DNA of 64,000 nucleotides, taken from positions 7,311 to 71,310 of the forward strand of contig CAZDOY010000011.1 of assembly GCA_964507185.1 (NCBI GenBank). The letters are read 5' to 3'. Within the stretch, counting starts at the first letter, position 1, and each line of letters opens with the position of its first letter. The notes beneath the pieces were generated by a model. The model was not told the origin of the DNA. It saw only the letters and a program-made list of their open reading frames with translations, and did no database searches. The position numbers were made by a program, and so were the translations under genes. Positions 9,155 through 21,810 of this stretch are shown in pieces. The stretch comes from an uncultured Thermoanaerobaculia bacterium. GTDB lineage: Bacteria > Acidobacteriota > UBA4820 > DSQY01.

Positions 9155-10609
9155 ATGAAACAGGAACTTCTGATCGCAGTGGACGAGTGGCAGACCCGCG
9201 TGGCCGTCATCGAGGATGGCAGGCTCACGGAATTGCATTTCGAACCCCGCCATCTGGACGGCCTCGTCGGTAACCTCTACGTGGGTCGCATCAACCGGAT
9301 TCTGCCCGGCATGGAGAGCGCCTTCGTGGACATCGGACTCGACCGCGACGGCTTTCTCTTCGAAGGCGACATGGGCCCTCCGGTGCTCGAGGCGGGGTTG
9401 GAAAAAAGGTCCGGAAAGAACCGGGGCCTGTCGATCAAGGACCTGAAGGAAGGCCAGCGGATCCTGGTTCAGGTCGCGAAGGAACCCATGGGGCCCAAGG
9501 GTGCGCGTCTCTCCACGCAGATCGCCTTGCCGGGTGCCTACCTCATCTACATGCCCAACCTCGACCACGTGGGTGTGTCACGGAAGATCGCGGGCAAGGA
9601 ACGGGTGCGCCTTAAGGAATTGATCAAGCGATACAAGCGCGATTCTCTGGGCGGCTTCATCGTGAGAACGGCGGCGGAGGGTGTCGCCGGTGAAGAGTTG
9701 ACAAGTGAAATGCAGGGGCTGGCCGACTTGTGGTCGCTCATCAGGATAAAGAGTGCGAGGTGCGCGCCGCCCGAGCTGGTTCACCAGGAGGCCGATCTCA
9801 TAGGCCGAATCATCCGCGAAATCCTGCTTAAGGGCGACGGATCGGTGATGACCGAAGATGAGACGGTGTACGCCCGTTGCAGAGAACTGCTTTCGGGGCT
9901 CGGGCTGGATGCGGGCCGCGTCCGGTTGTGGAAACCGGGGGGCGTCTCCCTCTTCGAGCATTTTCACGTGCAGGAGGAGATCGAAAAGGCCCTCCGCCCC
10001 AAGGTCTGGCTTTCTTCAGGCGGGTGCATCGTCATCCAGTCGACCGAGGCCCTTGTCGCCATCGACGTGAACTCGGGACGCTTTACGGGAAAAAAGTCCC
10101 TCGAGGAGACGGCCTACGCGATCAACATGGAAGCCGTTGAGGAGATCGTCCGGCAGATACGCCTCCGAAGTCTCGGCGGCATCATCGTGATCGATTTCAT
10201 AGATATGGGGCAAAAATCGCATCGTGAGGCGGTGGTCAACAAGCTCAACGAGGCCCTTGAGCGGGACAGGGCGAAATCCAGAATCCTCAATATCTCGGAA
10301 TTCGGCCTCGTCGAAATGACCCGCAAGCGCAGCCACAGGAACCTGGAACGCATCATGACCGGCGTGTGTCCCTGCTGCGATGGGCGCGGACGCATTCCTG
10401 CGCCGTGGCGCATCGCCCAGCAGATCGCGTACGCCGCGGACGGCATGAATCCCCCAAGGCAAGGCGTCGTAACCGTCTCGCCGGACGTGTTCCGGTACAT
10501 TGAGGAGAACTCCGACCGCTTCGCCTTCGCTCAGAGCATGCGCCTGGAACGCCTGAACCTCGTCCAGCCGACGCACTTCAGTATGAGCCCCCCGAGCAAC
10601 AAGGACTGA
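9155..10609 (+). CDS. rng: Ribonuclease G (RNase E/G family, Rng/CafA)
   Basis: S1 domain and DNase-I-like catalytic core (NLYVGRINRILPGMESAFVDIGLDRDGFLF ... ALVAIDVNSGRF). I set the start at ATG 9155 (MKQELLIAVDEW), which has a GAGG RBS. The track start at 9083 is probably an extension. Confidence 0.85.
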   Translation: MKQELLIAVDEWQTRVAVIEDGRLTELHFEPRHLDGLVGNLYVGRINRILPGMESAFVDIGLDRDGFLFEGDMGPPVLEAGLEKRSGKNRGLSIKDLKEGQRILVQVAKEPMGPKGARLSTQIALPGAYLIYMPNLDHVGVSRKIAGKERVRLKELIKRYKRDSLGGFIVRTAAEGVAGEELTSEMQGLADLWSLIRIKSARCAPPELVHQEADLIGRIIREILLKGDGSVMTEDETVYARCRELLSGLGLDAGRVRLWKPGGVSLFEHFHVQEEIEKALRPKVWLSSGGCIVIQSTEALVAIDVNSGRFTGKKSLEETAYAINMEAVEEIVRQIRLRSLGGIIVIDFIDMGQKSHREAVVNKLNEALERDRAKSRILNISEFGLVEMTRKRSHRNLERIMTGVCPCCDGRGRIPAPWRIAQQIAYAADGMNPPRQGVVTVSPDVFRYIEENSDRFAFAQSMRLERLNLVQPTHFSMSPPSNKD

Positions 10610-10617
10610 TCGAGTAT

Positions 10618-11262
10618 CTACCCGCGGCGGCCCCTTTTCGTGTTCCCGGCTGTCGGCTGACGTTTCGCGGCGGCCTTGCCCTTCATGTACACGTAGAGCG
10701 CGAGGGAGAACAGCAGAACGACCACGAATCCGCCCAGCCAGAGCTGGTAAACGTGGTAGAGGGAATTCATCCGGGCGTACCGCTGTCCCGCGCTGTATCC
10801 GAGCGCCGCCAGAAAGAGGCCGAAGAACAGGTTCCCGAAGAGAGCCGAGAGGACGACGGGCGCCGGGCGCATCTCCATCAGGCCTGCCGTCGGGTACAGA
10901 AACGGCCGGATGAAGGGGATGAACCTGTTAAACAGGAGCGGCCAGAAGCCCCACCGCTTCAATATGGCCCGGACCGAAGCGGTCATCTTTTCGGCCTTTC
11001 GGCTTCTCAGGAGCAGCCTCTGCACCGAACTCCCCCAGTAGAACGCGACGAGCGCGCCCAGTGTGCCGCCGATGGTCACGGCCCCCACGACCGTGAGCCA
11101 TGAACCGTCCTTCACGCCGATCCAGAAGACGGACATGATGAGGATCATGTCACCGGGAATGAAGGGGAGTGCGTACTTGAGGCAGGCCACAACGGCGAGG
11201 ATCGCGTAGATGGGCCATAAGGGCTGGCGTCCGAGGAAAGCAAAGGCGTCCGCCGGCATCAT
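10618..11262 (-). CDS. DedA/VTT-domain family membrane protein
   Basis: Multi-pass membrane protein with the LPFIPGD motif typical of DedA/SNARE-associated proteins. Its ATG overlaps the upstream gene's stop by 4 nt. Confidence 0.8.
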   Translation of the reverse strand: MMPADAFAFLGRQPLWPIYAILAVVACLKYALPFIPGDMILIMSVFWIGVKDGSWLTVVGAVTIGGTLGALVAFYWGSSVQRLLLRSRKAEKMTASVRAILKRWGFWPLLFNRFIPFIRPFLYPTAGLMEMRPAPVVLSALFGNLFFGLFLAALGYSAGQRYARMNSLYHVYQLWLGGFVVVLLFSLALYVYMKGKAAAKRQPTAGNTKRGRRG

Positions 11263-11888
11263 GCGGTAAGTTCCGGAAGCAACGACAGAAAGACATCGAA
11301 GTCCGTGCAGGCGAGAAACTTGTTATTTTGAATCTCATCCCCCAGAGACCTCGATTCCCGACAGCCGTAGTGGTGTCCCGGGTGAATCACGAGACTCTGC
11401 GGAAGTCCCCGCAGCTTGGCCAGACTTGAGAACATAGCCCTGGCATCGCCGCCGCGCAGGTCGGTGCGGCCGATCCAGTCCACGAAAAGGACGTCTCCCG
11501 TAAAGAGGGCATTGTGGATCCTGTAGCAAATGCCACCAGGCGTGTGGCCCGGCGTGAAAAAGGCCGTGACGTCCGGCAGACCAGGCAACGCGCCCTCCGA
11601 GGCGATGGGGGTCGCGCCGGGAACGCCGGCCGCTTCCGCCCCGTGGACCCAGACCCGCGGTCCTGTCGATCCTTTGCCAAGCAATTCGGGAAGCGAAGCG
11701 ATGTGGTCTCCATGGGTGTGCGTCAGAAAGATCTCCGTGAGTTCGCAGCCAGCCTCGTGGCTCACACCCAGAATGCGACGAGCCGCGTAGGAGGGATCCA
11801 CACACCATGCGGTATTGTCATCGGGATGCAACACAAGATAGGACCTGTTGGCGTCGCCGCCCGCATCTATTGAGACGATTTCGTGCAT
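11259..11888 (-). CDS. MBL-fold metallo-hydrolase
   Basis: THTHGDH zinc-binding motif, with downstream His and Asp residues. It is translationally coupled to dedA. Confidence 0.8.
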   Translation of the reverse strand: MHEIVSIDAGGDANRSYLVLHPDDNTAWCVDPSYAARRILGVSHEAGCELTEIFLTHTHGDHIASLPELLGKGSTGPRVWVHGAEAAGVPGATPIASEGALPGLPDVTAFFTPGHTPGGICYRIHNALFTGDVLFVDWIGRTDLRGGDARAMFSSLAKLRGLPQSLVIHPGHHYGCRESRSLGDEIQNNKFLACTDFDVFLSLLPELTA

Positions 11889-11994
11889 GTCGCTTTTTTG
11901 TTCCCCCGGCCCGAAGCGCTACCTCGCCCGGTGGAAAGGAGTACACGCCGGTGCCGTCCGCTCTCGCCGCCTCTCGGGAGGACCCTTTGCGCGC

Positions 11995-12408
11995 TCAGAA
12001 AGGAATATCGTCGTCGCTGTATTCGGGGGCTTTTTCGGAGGTGCTGTTCCCCCGCCCGCTGTCCGAACCTGAGCCGTCACCCCTGCCGATCATGACCATG
12101 TTGTCGGCCCTGATTTCGGTCACGTTCTTTTCCACGCCTTCCTTGTCCTTGTAGGAGCGAGATCTCAAGGTACCTTCGATGTAGACCTGTCGGCCTTTCC
12201 GGAGGTACTCTCCGCAGATTTCAGCCAGTTTGCCCCACACCACGATGCGGTGCCACTCCGTGTGCTCCTGTTTCTGGCCGTCCCGGTCTTTCCAGGTCTC
12301 GTTGGTCGCTATGGTGAAATTCGCGACCGCGGTCCCGTTGGGCGTATAACGCAGTTCGGGATCACGGCCCAGGTTGCCCAGCACAATAACTTTGTTCACG
12401 CTACCCAT
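11995..12408 (-). CDS. ssb: Single-stranded DNA-binding protein
   Basis: OB-fold sequence ([29 protein letters not shown]), Gly-rich tail and C-terminal DDDIPF. Confidence 0.9.
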   Translation of the reverse strand: MGSVNKVIVLGNLGRDPELRYTPNGTAVANFTIATNETWKDRDGQKQEHTEWHRIVVWGKLAEICGEYLRKGRQVYIEGTLRSRSYKDKEGVEKNVTEIRADNMVMIGRGDGSGSDSGRGNSTSEKAPEYSDDDIPF

Positions 12409-12490
12409 GGCCCGACTCCTTTCGCCGTTAGTCCTATCCTCGTGGGACCGGATTCCCCTATAATACGAATCTTACGTAAGGAGTGTCAAC

Positions 12491-13111
12491 GTGAGAATAG
12501 TCGGCGGGGCCTACAGGGGCCGCAGACTCAAGGCGCCGACGGGACTCAAGACGAGGCCCACGTCGGAGAAAGTGCGGGAGGCGCTTTTCGACATCCTGGG
12601 ACCGCAGGTGGACCGGGGAACCTTCATGGACGTATATGCGGGGACCGGCGCGGTGGGGATCGAAGCCTTGAGTCGTGGCGCCTTGGAGGTGGTTTTTGTC
12701 GAGAGCGGCCCCAGGGTGCTGTGCGTTCTTCGTTCCAACATCGAAGGTCTCGGCCGTGAAGCGGGGGACAGGTGCAGAGTCCTCCCCTCATCCGTGGACC
12801 GTGCGTTCAAAGTTCTCGCGAGGAGCGGTTTCCGGCCTGGGATCGTATTCTGCGATCCGCCTTATGCCGACGAATCATGGCCCGCAGTACTCGGCACCAT
12901 GCGGAATTCTCTTGCGTGGCGGCCCGGTGGACTACTGGTCGTCGAGCACGCAGCCAAGAGCCCACCGAAATGCCCGGATGGATTCGAGCCCGGAAAAGCA
13001 TACCGATACGGAGATTCGGCCCTGTCATTCTTCAGGGTTGGGGGCGACGCGTGCCCCGGAACGCGGGAAGATTCTGCGGTCGGGGAGGCCGGGGCGAATG
13101 GTGCGTTTTAA
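12491..13111 (+). CDS. rsmD: 16S rRNA (guanine966-N2)-methyltransferase RsmD
   Basis: [17 protein letters not shown]-terminus and DPPY motif ([10 protein letters not shown]). GTG start at 12491 with AGGAG 8 nt upstream. Confidence 0.8.
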   Translation: MRIVGGAYRGRRLKAPTGLKTRPTSEKVREALFDILGPQVDRGTFMDVYAGTGAVGIEALSRGALEVVFVESGPRVLCVLRSNIEGLGREAGDRCRVLPSSVDRAFKVLARSGFRPGIVFCDPPYADESWPAVLGTMRNSLAWRPGGLLVVEHAAKSPPKCPDGFEPGKAYRYGDSALSFFRVGGDACPGTREDSAVGEAGANGAF

Positions 13112-13131
13112 CAATCATCCGGGGAGTGGTG

Positions 13132-15021
13132 ATGCGTGATGTGGTGGTGGGTACTGCGGGACATATCGACCACGGTAAGACGCTCCTCGTCAAAGCCATG
13201 ACGGGGATGGATGCAGATCGGTGGGACGAGGAAAAGAGGCGGGGGATAACGCTCGACATCGGTTTCGCGACCCTCGACTCGGAGCGTGGCAGACTTCATT
13301 TCGTGGATCTGCCGGGGCACGAACGTTTCGTGAAGAACATGCTGGCCGGTGCCACCGGAATCGACCTCTGCCTGCTGGTCGTCGCGGCCGACGAGTCCGT
13401 TATGCCGCAGACCGTCGAACATGCCGACATCCTTTCGCTCCTCGGCGTGAAAAGGGGCGTGGTGGCGCTGAACAAGGTCGATCTTGTGGATCGGGAGACG
13501 CGCGAACTGGCCCTCATGGAGCTATCCGAATTTCTGGAATCGTGCGGACTCTCCGGTATGCCGATCGTGGAAGTGAGCGCCGTGACGGGCGAAGGCCTTC
13601 CGGACCTTCTGGCGGCCATTTACGGGGAGGCGGAATCGTGTCCGGCGCCCCCAAGGAACCGCCCTTTCAGATTGCCGATCGACCGGGTCTTTCCCATCAA
13701 GGGCTTCGGAACGGTCGTGACGGGAACCTGCATCGACGGGTCCCTCGCAGTCGGCGACAGGGTCCTTGTGTACCCGGACGGTGGTGAGAGCAGGGTCAGG
13801 GGATTGCAGATATTCGGCCGCTCGGTCGAGGAGGCCGTGGCTGGTCAGCGCGTCGCTGTAAACCTGCCGGACATAAGGCATGCGGATCTTGCGCGCGGTC
13901 ACATGGCGGCCATGCTTGGCTCGTGCCGCCCGACGCACCTGCTGGACGTCCGGCTCGGTGTACTGGCTTCCGCTAAAAGGAGCCTGAAGACTGGCGCTGT
14001 CTGCACCCTCCACATTCACACGCAGGAGGTTGAGGCGCATGTTCACCTCAGCGATTCCGCGGCGCTCGCCCCCGGCGATGAGGGACTAGCGCAGATCAGG
14101 ACCACCGTTCCTGTGGTGGCGTGGCCGGACGATCGTTTTATCCTGCGGTTGCCTTCGCCCGCCCGTACCATAGGGGGGGGGACCGTGTTGCTCCCCGCAC
14201 GCAGGAAGGCTCGGTGGAGAAGGCGGCGAGACAGGACCATCGCCGATCTGCTTCGGGGAAACCTTGCCCTGAGGGCTCTGCTGGTGGAGGCCGGGCCGGC
14301 GGGGCTGACGCCGGATGACGTCATGGGTGTGATGGGCGTGAAGGCGGAACGGTTGAACGAGCTGGCGGAGTCGGCGGAGAGCGCGGAGGCCCTCGTCAGG
14401 TGGGGCAACGGCGGATGGTGGCTGGAGGCCGCTGAGGCGGAGGCATGGCTCGATAGAGCCGGAGCATGGCTTTCCGGGCGCTACGACGGAAAAGCGCCGG
14501 TGTCCTGGGTTCCGAGGCAGGAACTCCTCGGAAGGTGGCTGCGGGTCCTCGGGCAGGCGAGGGGGGAGGCCCTGGTCGAGGCCCTGGAGAGGGCCGGGCG
14601 CATAGAGGTCGAAGGCGACCGGATTCGCCCTGCAGGGCACCGAGTAAGATTATCAGACGCCCAGAAGGCTGCCTGGCAGGCCGTGCAGGCGATCTTGTGC
14701 GATCCGGAGACGTTCATTCGAACGGGGAAGGAACTGGAGTCCGCCATCGGGAGTGAGGCCAGGCAGGTTCTCCCCCTGATGGTCGAAGACGGCGAGCTCG
14801 TCCGGTATGGCGGAGACTTTTTCGTGGCGAGGACGACCATGGAGAGTCTGCGCGAAAAACTGGCCGCACACGCGATCTCTCGGTCGACGAAGATAAGCGT
14901 TCCCGAGTTCAAGTCCATGCTGGGGCTGAGCAGGAAATACGTCATGCCCCTGCTGGAGCACCTGGACGACCTGAAATGGACGCGGCGCTCCGGCGACGGG
15001 CGGGACATTCTCGTCCGGTGA
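13132..15021 (+). CDS. selB: Selenocysteine-specific translation elongation factor SelB
   Basis: GTPase motifs [17 protein letters not shown] and NKVD, followed by long winged-helix C-terminal domains. The real start is ATG 13132 with GGGGAG upstream; the track N-terminal extension is an artefact. Confidence 0.85.
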   Translation: MRDVVVGTAGHIDHGKTLLVKAMTGMDADRWDEEKRRGITLDIGFATLDSERGRLHFVDLPGHERFVKNMLAGATGIDLCLLVVAADESVMPQTVEHADILSLLGVKRGVVALNKVDLVDRETRELALMELSEFLESCGLSGMPIVEVSAVTGEGLPDLLAAIYGEAESCPAPPRNRPFRLPIDRVFPIKGFGTVVTGTCIDGSLAVGDRVLVYPDGGESRVRGLQIFGRSVEEAVAGQRVAVNLPDIRHADLARGHMAAMLGSCRPTHLLDVRLGVLASAKRSLKTGAVCTLHIHTQEVEAHVHLSDSAALAPGDEGLAQIRTTVPVVAWPDDRFILRLPSPARTIGGGTVLLPARRKARWRRRRDRTIADLLRGNLALRALLVEAGPAGLTPDDVMGVMGVKAERLNELAESAESAEALVRWGNGGWWLEAAEAEAWLDRAGAWLSGRYDGKAPVSWVPRQELLGRWLRVLGQARGEALVEALERAGRIEVEGDRIRPAGHRVRLSDAQKAAWQAVQAILCDPETFIRTGKELESAIGSEARQVLPLMVEDGELVRYGGDFFVARTTMESLREKLAAHAISRSTKISVPEFKSMLGLSRKYVMPLLEHLDDLKWTRRSGDGRDILVR

Positions 15022-15031
15022 CGATACCGGG

Positions 15032-15592
15032 TCAGTCCACGGCCCCGCCGGCTCTTTCGACGATCCTGGCGAGGTGAAGGGCCATGGATGAAGCGTAGTC
15101 CCCGGCTAGGAGGCTCTGCCTGTCGGACCAGATGACCCTCTCCCCGAGATCGGGCGGGCAGGGCGTGCCGAGCGCGCCGCACCGGTCCCTGACATATTCT
15201 TCGAAATCCTCCATTTCACGGCGCCAGGTCGCGAGCGGCGCCTCCAACCTGTCGGCGCGGCGCGTGAGTACCGATTGAACCGCATGGAGAGCCTTGTCCT
15301 GTTCTATCTTGAATAAGTGCTTGGGCCATGGGCGGGTTGCGATCGGGGGCGGCGTACGTTTCGGCAGGGCCTCATCGATGGTGCACTGCGTGCCCGGGTC
15401 GCCCCTGAAGGTCCAGGCAAGGAGCAGAAAGCAAGAAAGCATGACAATGAGAGCAATGGCGGACTGGTACCTGTAGCCCCTGGCGAAGTCGTACCCGACG
15501 GCCCACGCGGAAGAGACAAAAAGCAGGAATACGGCGCCGCGGATCACGGGAAGACGGAGAATGGTCCGATCCATCCGTCCAGGTTCAGGCAT
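15032..15592 (-). CDS. Hypothetical membrane-anchored protein (two N-terminal TM helices plus a cytoplasmic domain)
   Basis: It is an ORF with hydrophobic stretches and no recognisable family. The start may be the internal M at about 15574. It is convergent with selB, with only 10 nt between the stops. Confidence 0.4.
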   Translation of the reverse strand: MPEPGRMDRTILRLPVIRGAVFLLFVSSAWAVGYDFARGYRYQSAIALIVMLSCFLLLAWTFRGDPGTQCTIDEALPKRTPPPIATRPWPKHLFKIEQDKALHAVQSVLTRRADRLEAPLATWRREMEDFEEYVRDRCGALGTPCPPDLGERVIWSDRQSLLAGDYASSMALHLARIVERAGGAVD

Positions 15593-15924
15593 TGACCAAT
15601 CCCTTCGCTGAGGTAGACATTATAAGTCATGCGGAAACGCAACTGCAAGACGGGCCCCGACGTAGCTGCGTCACAGCATGGACCGCCGGAATCCGCCTCG
15701 AGGGATACACGCCCCTCGCACATCGGGTGGCTTCTTCGCGGTGGGTAGCAGTCGTCAAGCGTGCGGTTCGGCCGGTTTAAGCGGTGGCGCACGCGTGGGG
15801 CGCCTCCGTCCAAACGCCGAGGCCTGAGCCCGGTCTTTCCTGCCGGGCGGAAAGCGTCGAAGCTCAAGGCTCAGGCGATGAGATGGCAGCGGTCGCGTGT
15901 TGCCCTACGGGTGGAGGTTTCAAC

Positions 15925-15968
15925 ACAGGATTGGAAAAGAAGAAGGGCGCCGGCAAGAAGCGCCGGCG
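15925..15968 (-). terminator. Rho-independent terminator downstream of hppA
   Basis: On the minus strand a GC-rich hairpin (GGGCGCCGGCGC-ttctt-GCCGGCGCCC) is followed by TTCTTCTTTTCC. Confidence 0.5.
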
Positions 15969-15993
15969 CCCTGGAGAATCGAGGCGGTATGGA

Positions 15994-18201
<2,208 letters not shown>

Positions 18202-18461
18202 CGACCCCTCCTCCTTAATGGGTTATTTCAGATGCACCAGGTGATGGCAGCCTCGAAAGGTACGAGGCCGAAAAGGTTACAAGTCTGGAAGCCGGAAAGG
18301 AGACGCGCATTCCCACAAGGAAAAGCGCGGGGCATGAGATGTGTGGCGAGACAGCGGTAGAATGCATCACCGATGGGTTTTCCCTGGTATGCTCTTGTGC
18401 CGTTGTCTGCAGCCGCATCGCGCCCCCCCTGCGCGAAAAAACCTCGGAGGGACTTGAGAAA

Positions 18462-18500
18462 GTCCCCCCGGAAAAAACCAGAAATTCGGCCTGACAGGCC
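18462..18500 (-). terminator. Candidate rho-independent terminator after the exbD2/ton operon
   Basis: On the minus strand a GGCCT-gtc-AGGCC hairpin is followed by GAATTTCTGGTTTTTT. Confidence 0.4.
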
Positions 18501-18534
18501 GGTATCAATACACCGGAAGCACTGCGGCCGCCGG

Positions 18535-18936
18535 TCAGTTCACGACGAAGCCGATCGTCTCTACTTTTCCAGGACCGCGGCATATGTCCAGAGCGCGGAC
18601 AACGGTCTCGTAAGGCACCTTGTCCTCGGCATCCACAAAAAGAACCTTGTCGGCCCGCGTCGCGTATATTGCGCCGAGTTTCTCACCGAGATCCTGAAAA
18701 GTGACCGGCTGTTTGTTAATGGCCATGGCGCCGTTGGCACTGATCTGGAGCACGATGGCCTGGGACGGTCCCTGGTTCGGGTTCGGCGGCGCCTTGGGTG
18801 GAACCTGGGTGTAAAAACCCTTTTGAAGAATCGGCGTAATGACCATGAAAATGATCAATAGCACCAGCAGCACGTCGACAAGAGGCGTGATGTTGATGTC
18901 GGCCATTGCGCCGCGGCCGCCAACGTTCATAGCCAT
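18535..18936 (-). CDS. exbD: Biopolymer transport protein ExbD/TolR (second copy)
   Basis: Single N-terminal TM helix (INITPLVDVLLVLLIIFMV) plus periplasmic domain. ATG with GGGAGG RBS. Confidence 0.85.
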   Translation of the reverse strand: MAMNVGGRGAMADINITPLVDVLLVLLIIFMVITPILQKGFYTQVPPKAPPNPNQGPSQAIVLQISANGAMAINKQPVTFQDLGEKLGAIYATRADKVLFVDAEDKVPYETVVRALDICRGPGKVETIGFVVN

Positions 18937-18948
18937 AATACGCCTCCC

Positions 18949-19416
18949 TTAGTCGCCGCCGGCAACGGCCGCAGCGGCGTTGCCGGTGACGGGGTTACCT
19001 TGTGCGTCTACGTGTTGTGCCACCAGACCGACGCTCTTGAATCCCGTAGCCTGTACCACGCGCAGGACGTCCTTCACCTGGCCGAAATCGAGGTTCTTGT
19101 CGCCCTTGACGTAGACCTTTCGGCTCGGATTGCGCGCGTAGTCTTCCTGCAGGTTGTCCCGCAGGACGTCCGTGGGAATCCACTTCTGGCCGTACCAGAT
19201 CTTTCCATCCTGCTGGATGGTGATGTTCACGTTGGATTCCTTTTCGGGCTGCGACTCGGGGTTGCGGGCGGTTGGCAGTCTAACCGGAACACCCTTTTGC
19301 AGAAGGGGGGTGACCACCATGAAGATGATCAACAGCACCAGGCACACGTCGCAGAACGGCGTGACGTTGATGTCGTTTTTCAACCCTCCGTGGCCATTGC
19401 CTATATCCATACCCAT
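18949..19416 (-). CDS. exbD: Biopolymer transport protein ExbD/TolR (first copy)
   Basis: INVTPFCDVCLVLLIIFMV TM helix and ExbD fold. AGGAG RBS. Confidence 0.85.
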   Translation of the reverse strand: MGMDIGNGHGGLKNDINVTPFCDVCLVLLIIFMVVTPLLQKGVPVRLPTARNPESQPEKESNVNITIQQDGKIWYGQKWIPTDVLRDNLQEDYARNPSRKVYVKGDKNLDFGQVKDVLRVVQATGFKSVGLVAQHVDAQGNPVTGNAAAAVAGGD

Positions 19417-19432
19417 TGCGAACTCCTGAGCG

Positions 19433-20107
19433 TTACTTCTCTTCGATACCGGTGACCTTCACGAAGTGATCCACCAGCTCGGAGGAGGCGTTGCCCATTT
19501 CGATGGAGATCATGTCGGATTTGTTGACGAGGTAGTTGTAGAACCAGACCGCAGGGATTGCGACGAACAGGCCGGCCGCCGTCGTAATCAGGGCCTCGGC
19601 GATACCGCCGGCAACGGCGCCGATTCCGCCCGAGCCGGTAAGAGCCATGCCGCGGAAGGCGTTGATGATTCCGGCGACGGTGCCGAACAGGCCCACGAAG
19701 GGAGCCGTTGCACCGATGGTGGCCAGGCTGCTCATTCCGCGCTTCATGTCGGCGGAAGTCTTGGCGGTGACGCGCTCGATGGCGCGCTTGGCGGCCTCGA
19801 TCACGTTGTAGTCGACCCCGGAAGAGGTCTCGCTCTTGAACTCGAGGAGGGCTGCGGAGAAGACTTTGGCCAGGTGGCTGTTCTTGTACTTTTTGGCCAA
19901 TTGGATGCACTCGTCAAGCTTGTTCTGCTTGAGGAGGTTGCCCACCTTGGAGACAAACAGCAATGACTGCTTCTTGGCGGAGCGGAACAGGATGAAACGG
20001 TCGATGAACACCCAGATAGAGACGAGGTTCATGCCAAGCAGAATAATGGCCACGCTCTTTGCGAGCCATCCCATCTCTCCCCAAAGGTCAATGATACTGA
20101 AACTCAT
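19433..20107 (-). CDS. exbB: MotA/TolQ/ExbB proton-channel protein
   Basis: Three TM helices and a conserved C-terminal region (ATIGATAPFVGLFGTVAGIINAF). AAGGAG RBS. Confidence 0.85.
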   Translation of the reverse strand: MSFSIIDLWGEMGWLAKSVAIILLGMNLVSIWVFIDRFILFRSAKKQSLLFVSKVGNLLKQNKLDECIQLAKKYKNSHLAKVFSAALLEFKSETSSGVDYNVIEAAKRAIERVTAKTSADMKRGMSSLATIGATAPFVGLFGTVAGIINAFRGMALTGSGGIGAVAGGIAEALITTAAGLFVAIPAVWFYNYLVNKSDMISIEMGNASSELVDHFVKVTGIEEK

Positions 20108-20148
20108 CGCATGGACTCCTTTCTGACTAAGGCCTATAGCAATCCTAC

Positions 20149-20871
20149 CTAATTACCTGCCTTGAAGGTGATGGTCACGATCTGGTAAACGGAAACCCTT
20201 TGTCCAGCCTCGGTGGTCGGCGCAGAGTAACGCCATTTCTTTACGGCCGTGAGCGCAGACTGATTGAAGATGGGGTTGTTGGACTGAAGGATGCGGGCAT
20301 TCTCTACCTGGCCGCGCTCATTGATGATGAGCTCAAGTACAACGCGTCCCGAGAGCCCCATGGCCTGAGCCGCCGGAGGATAAATGGGGTTCACCTTGTG
20401 GGTGACCTTGGGTTGCCTTATGGAGCCCATGGGAAGGACCTTCCGCTCTTGCTTTGAAGTGTCGCCTCCGAGGACGCCGCCCAGGACCCCGCCGGCAACG
20501 CCGCCTTCGACACCCCCGACGACTCCGCCTCCGCCGGCCCCTGCGGAAGAAGGCTGTGGCGGTGGGATCTTATCGGGGGTCACGTCCGGCGCGACCATAT
20601 TGTCCGGGGTAACGGGCACAGGAACCGACACTGCCTTCGGGGCCGCTACCTTTGGTGGTGGCGGTGGCGGCGGGGGCGGCGGTGGCGGCGGTGCAGCCGT
20701 AAAGAACGATACGGTAATCGGGGGCGGCGTCAGGGTATCCACGGCATAAATCGAATAAAGAATGAGTCCCGAGATCAGGACAACGTGGAAGAGGACGGCC
20801 ACCGGGAAACTGTACACCTTGATCTTTGATGGTTTCTGTCGCCTGCTGTCTACTAGCGATTCCTCAAACAT
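20149..20871 (-). CDS. tonB: Energy transducer TonB family protein
   Basis: N-terminal TM anchor, a poly-proline tract (13 consecutive Pro), a Gly/Val-rich spacer and a C-terminal TonB domain (GRVVLELIINERGQVENARILQS). Confidence 0.8.
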   Translation of the reverse strand: MFEESLVDSRRQKPSKIKVYSFPVAVLFHVVLISGLILYSIYAVDTLTPPPITVSFFTAAPPPPPPPPPPPPPKVAAPKAVSVPVPVTPDNMVAPDVTPDKIPPPQPSSAGAGGGGVVGGVEGGVAGGVLGGVLGGDTSKQERKVLPMGSIRQPKVTHKVNPIYPPAAQAMGLSGRVVLELIINERGQVENARILQSNNPIFNQSALTAVKKWRYSAPTTEAGQRVSVYQIVTITFKAGN

Positions 20872-20883
20872 GGGACCACCTCG

Positions 20884-21810
20884 TCAGTTTTGGGTCGTGG
20901 CGGGGGGGACCTCGCCAGATGCCGGTACAGCTGGGGCCGGGGCCTTCTTGCCGCCGTTCTTAATCGCCAGGGCCTTGTCTCTTTCCTGGTTCGCCATTTG
21001 TAGGTATTCATCGGCCTGGGCCAGCAAGTCCTTTTTGTCCTTTCGGGTCTTGGCCTCCTGGGCGGCGTCCTTAGCAAGGTCGGCCTTCTGGCGGTACAGG
21101 AGGTTCATGTAAAGATGGCCGGTGAAGCTGTTCGGCTCGATCTGTATGGCCTTCTCGAGCGCATCCATGCCGTCCTGGACGATCTTCGCGCGCACGTCGT
21201 TGGGATCTTCCTTGTTGTAAGAACGCTGCCAGCAGAGGGCACCTATGAAGAGATAACCCTGAGGATCGTTCGGCGTGAGTTCGGCCTTCTTTTTGGAATA
21301 TTCGAGCGATTTCTGGAAATTGCCCTCTTTGCCGTACATGGTGGCCAGGGTCTGCAGTATCCGGGTATCGTCGGGACTCTGTTTCAAGAGGGATTCATAG
21401 TATTTGATTCCGTCCGCAAGGCGGTTCTGGTTGATGTAGAGGTTGATGATGTAATCCTGGACCTGGTCGTCTTTTCCCACGATGCTGAGATACTTCTGGA
21501 ATGCGTTCAGGGCCTCGTCGGTGTATTGCTGGTCCTGAGGTTGGGTAGAGCCGGGCTCTATCAGGCTCCAGTAACAGAAGGCAAGATACTTCCAATTATC
21601 CACCCTGTCCGGATTAATCTTCAGCGCTTGCTTGTAGTCCTTGGCCGCCTCCGCGTACTTTCCCGCCTTATAGGCCTTCGCGCCATCCTTCATGGCCATG
21701 TGTTCCTTGAGGGATGAGCAACCGATCAGCGTGGCCACGAGAAAGACAGACAGAAGAGCCCACGATGTTCTTTTGATCCATTTTCGCCAAATCCAATGGC
21801 CCGAACTCAT
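20884..21810 (-). CDS. TPR-repeat lipoprotein encoded at the head of the ton operon
   Basis: I set the start at ATG 21810 with a GGAGG RBS. The signal peptide ends in the lipobox LIGC, and multiple TPR-like helical repeats follow. The gene has lower GC than its neighbours. Confidence 0.7.
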   Translation of the reverse strand: MSSGHWIWRKWIKRTSWALLSVFLVATLIGCSSLKEHMAMKDGAKAYKAGKYAEAAKDYKQALKINPDRVDNWKYLAFCYWSLIEPGSTQPQDQQYTDEALNAFQKYLSIVGKDDQVQDYIINLYINQNRLADGIKYYESLLKQSPDDTRILQTLATMYGKEGNFQKSLEYSKKKAELTPNDPQGYLFIGALCWQRSYNKEDPNDVRAKIVQDGMDALEKAIQIEPNSFTGHLYMNLLYRQKADLAKDAAQEAKTRKDKKDLLAQADEYLQMANQERDKALAIKNGGKKAPAPAVPASGEVPPATTQN

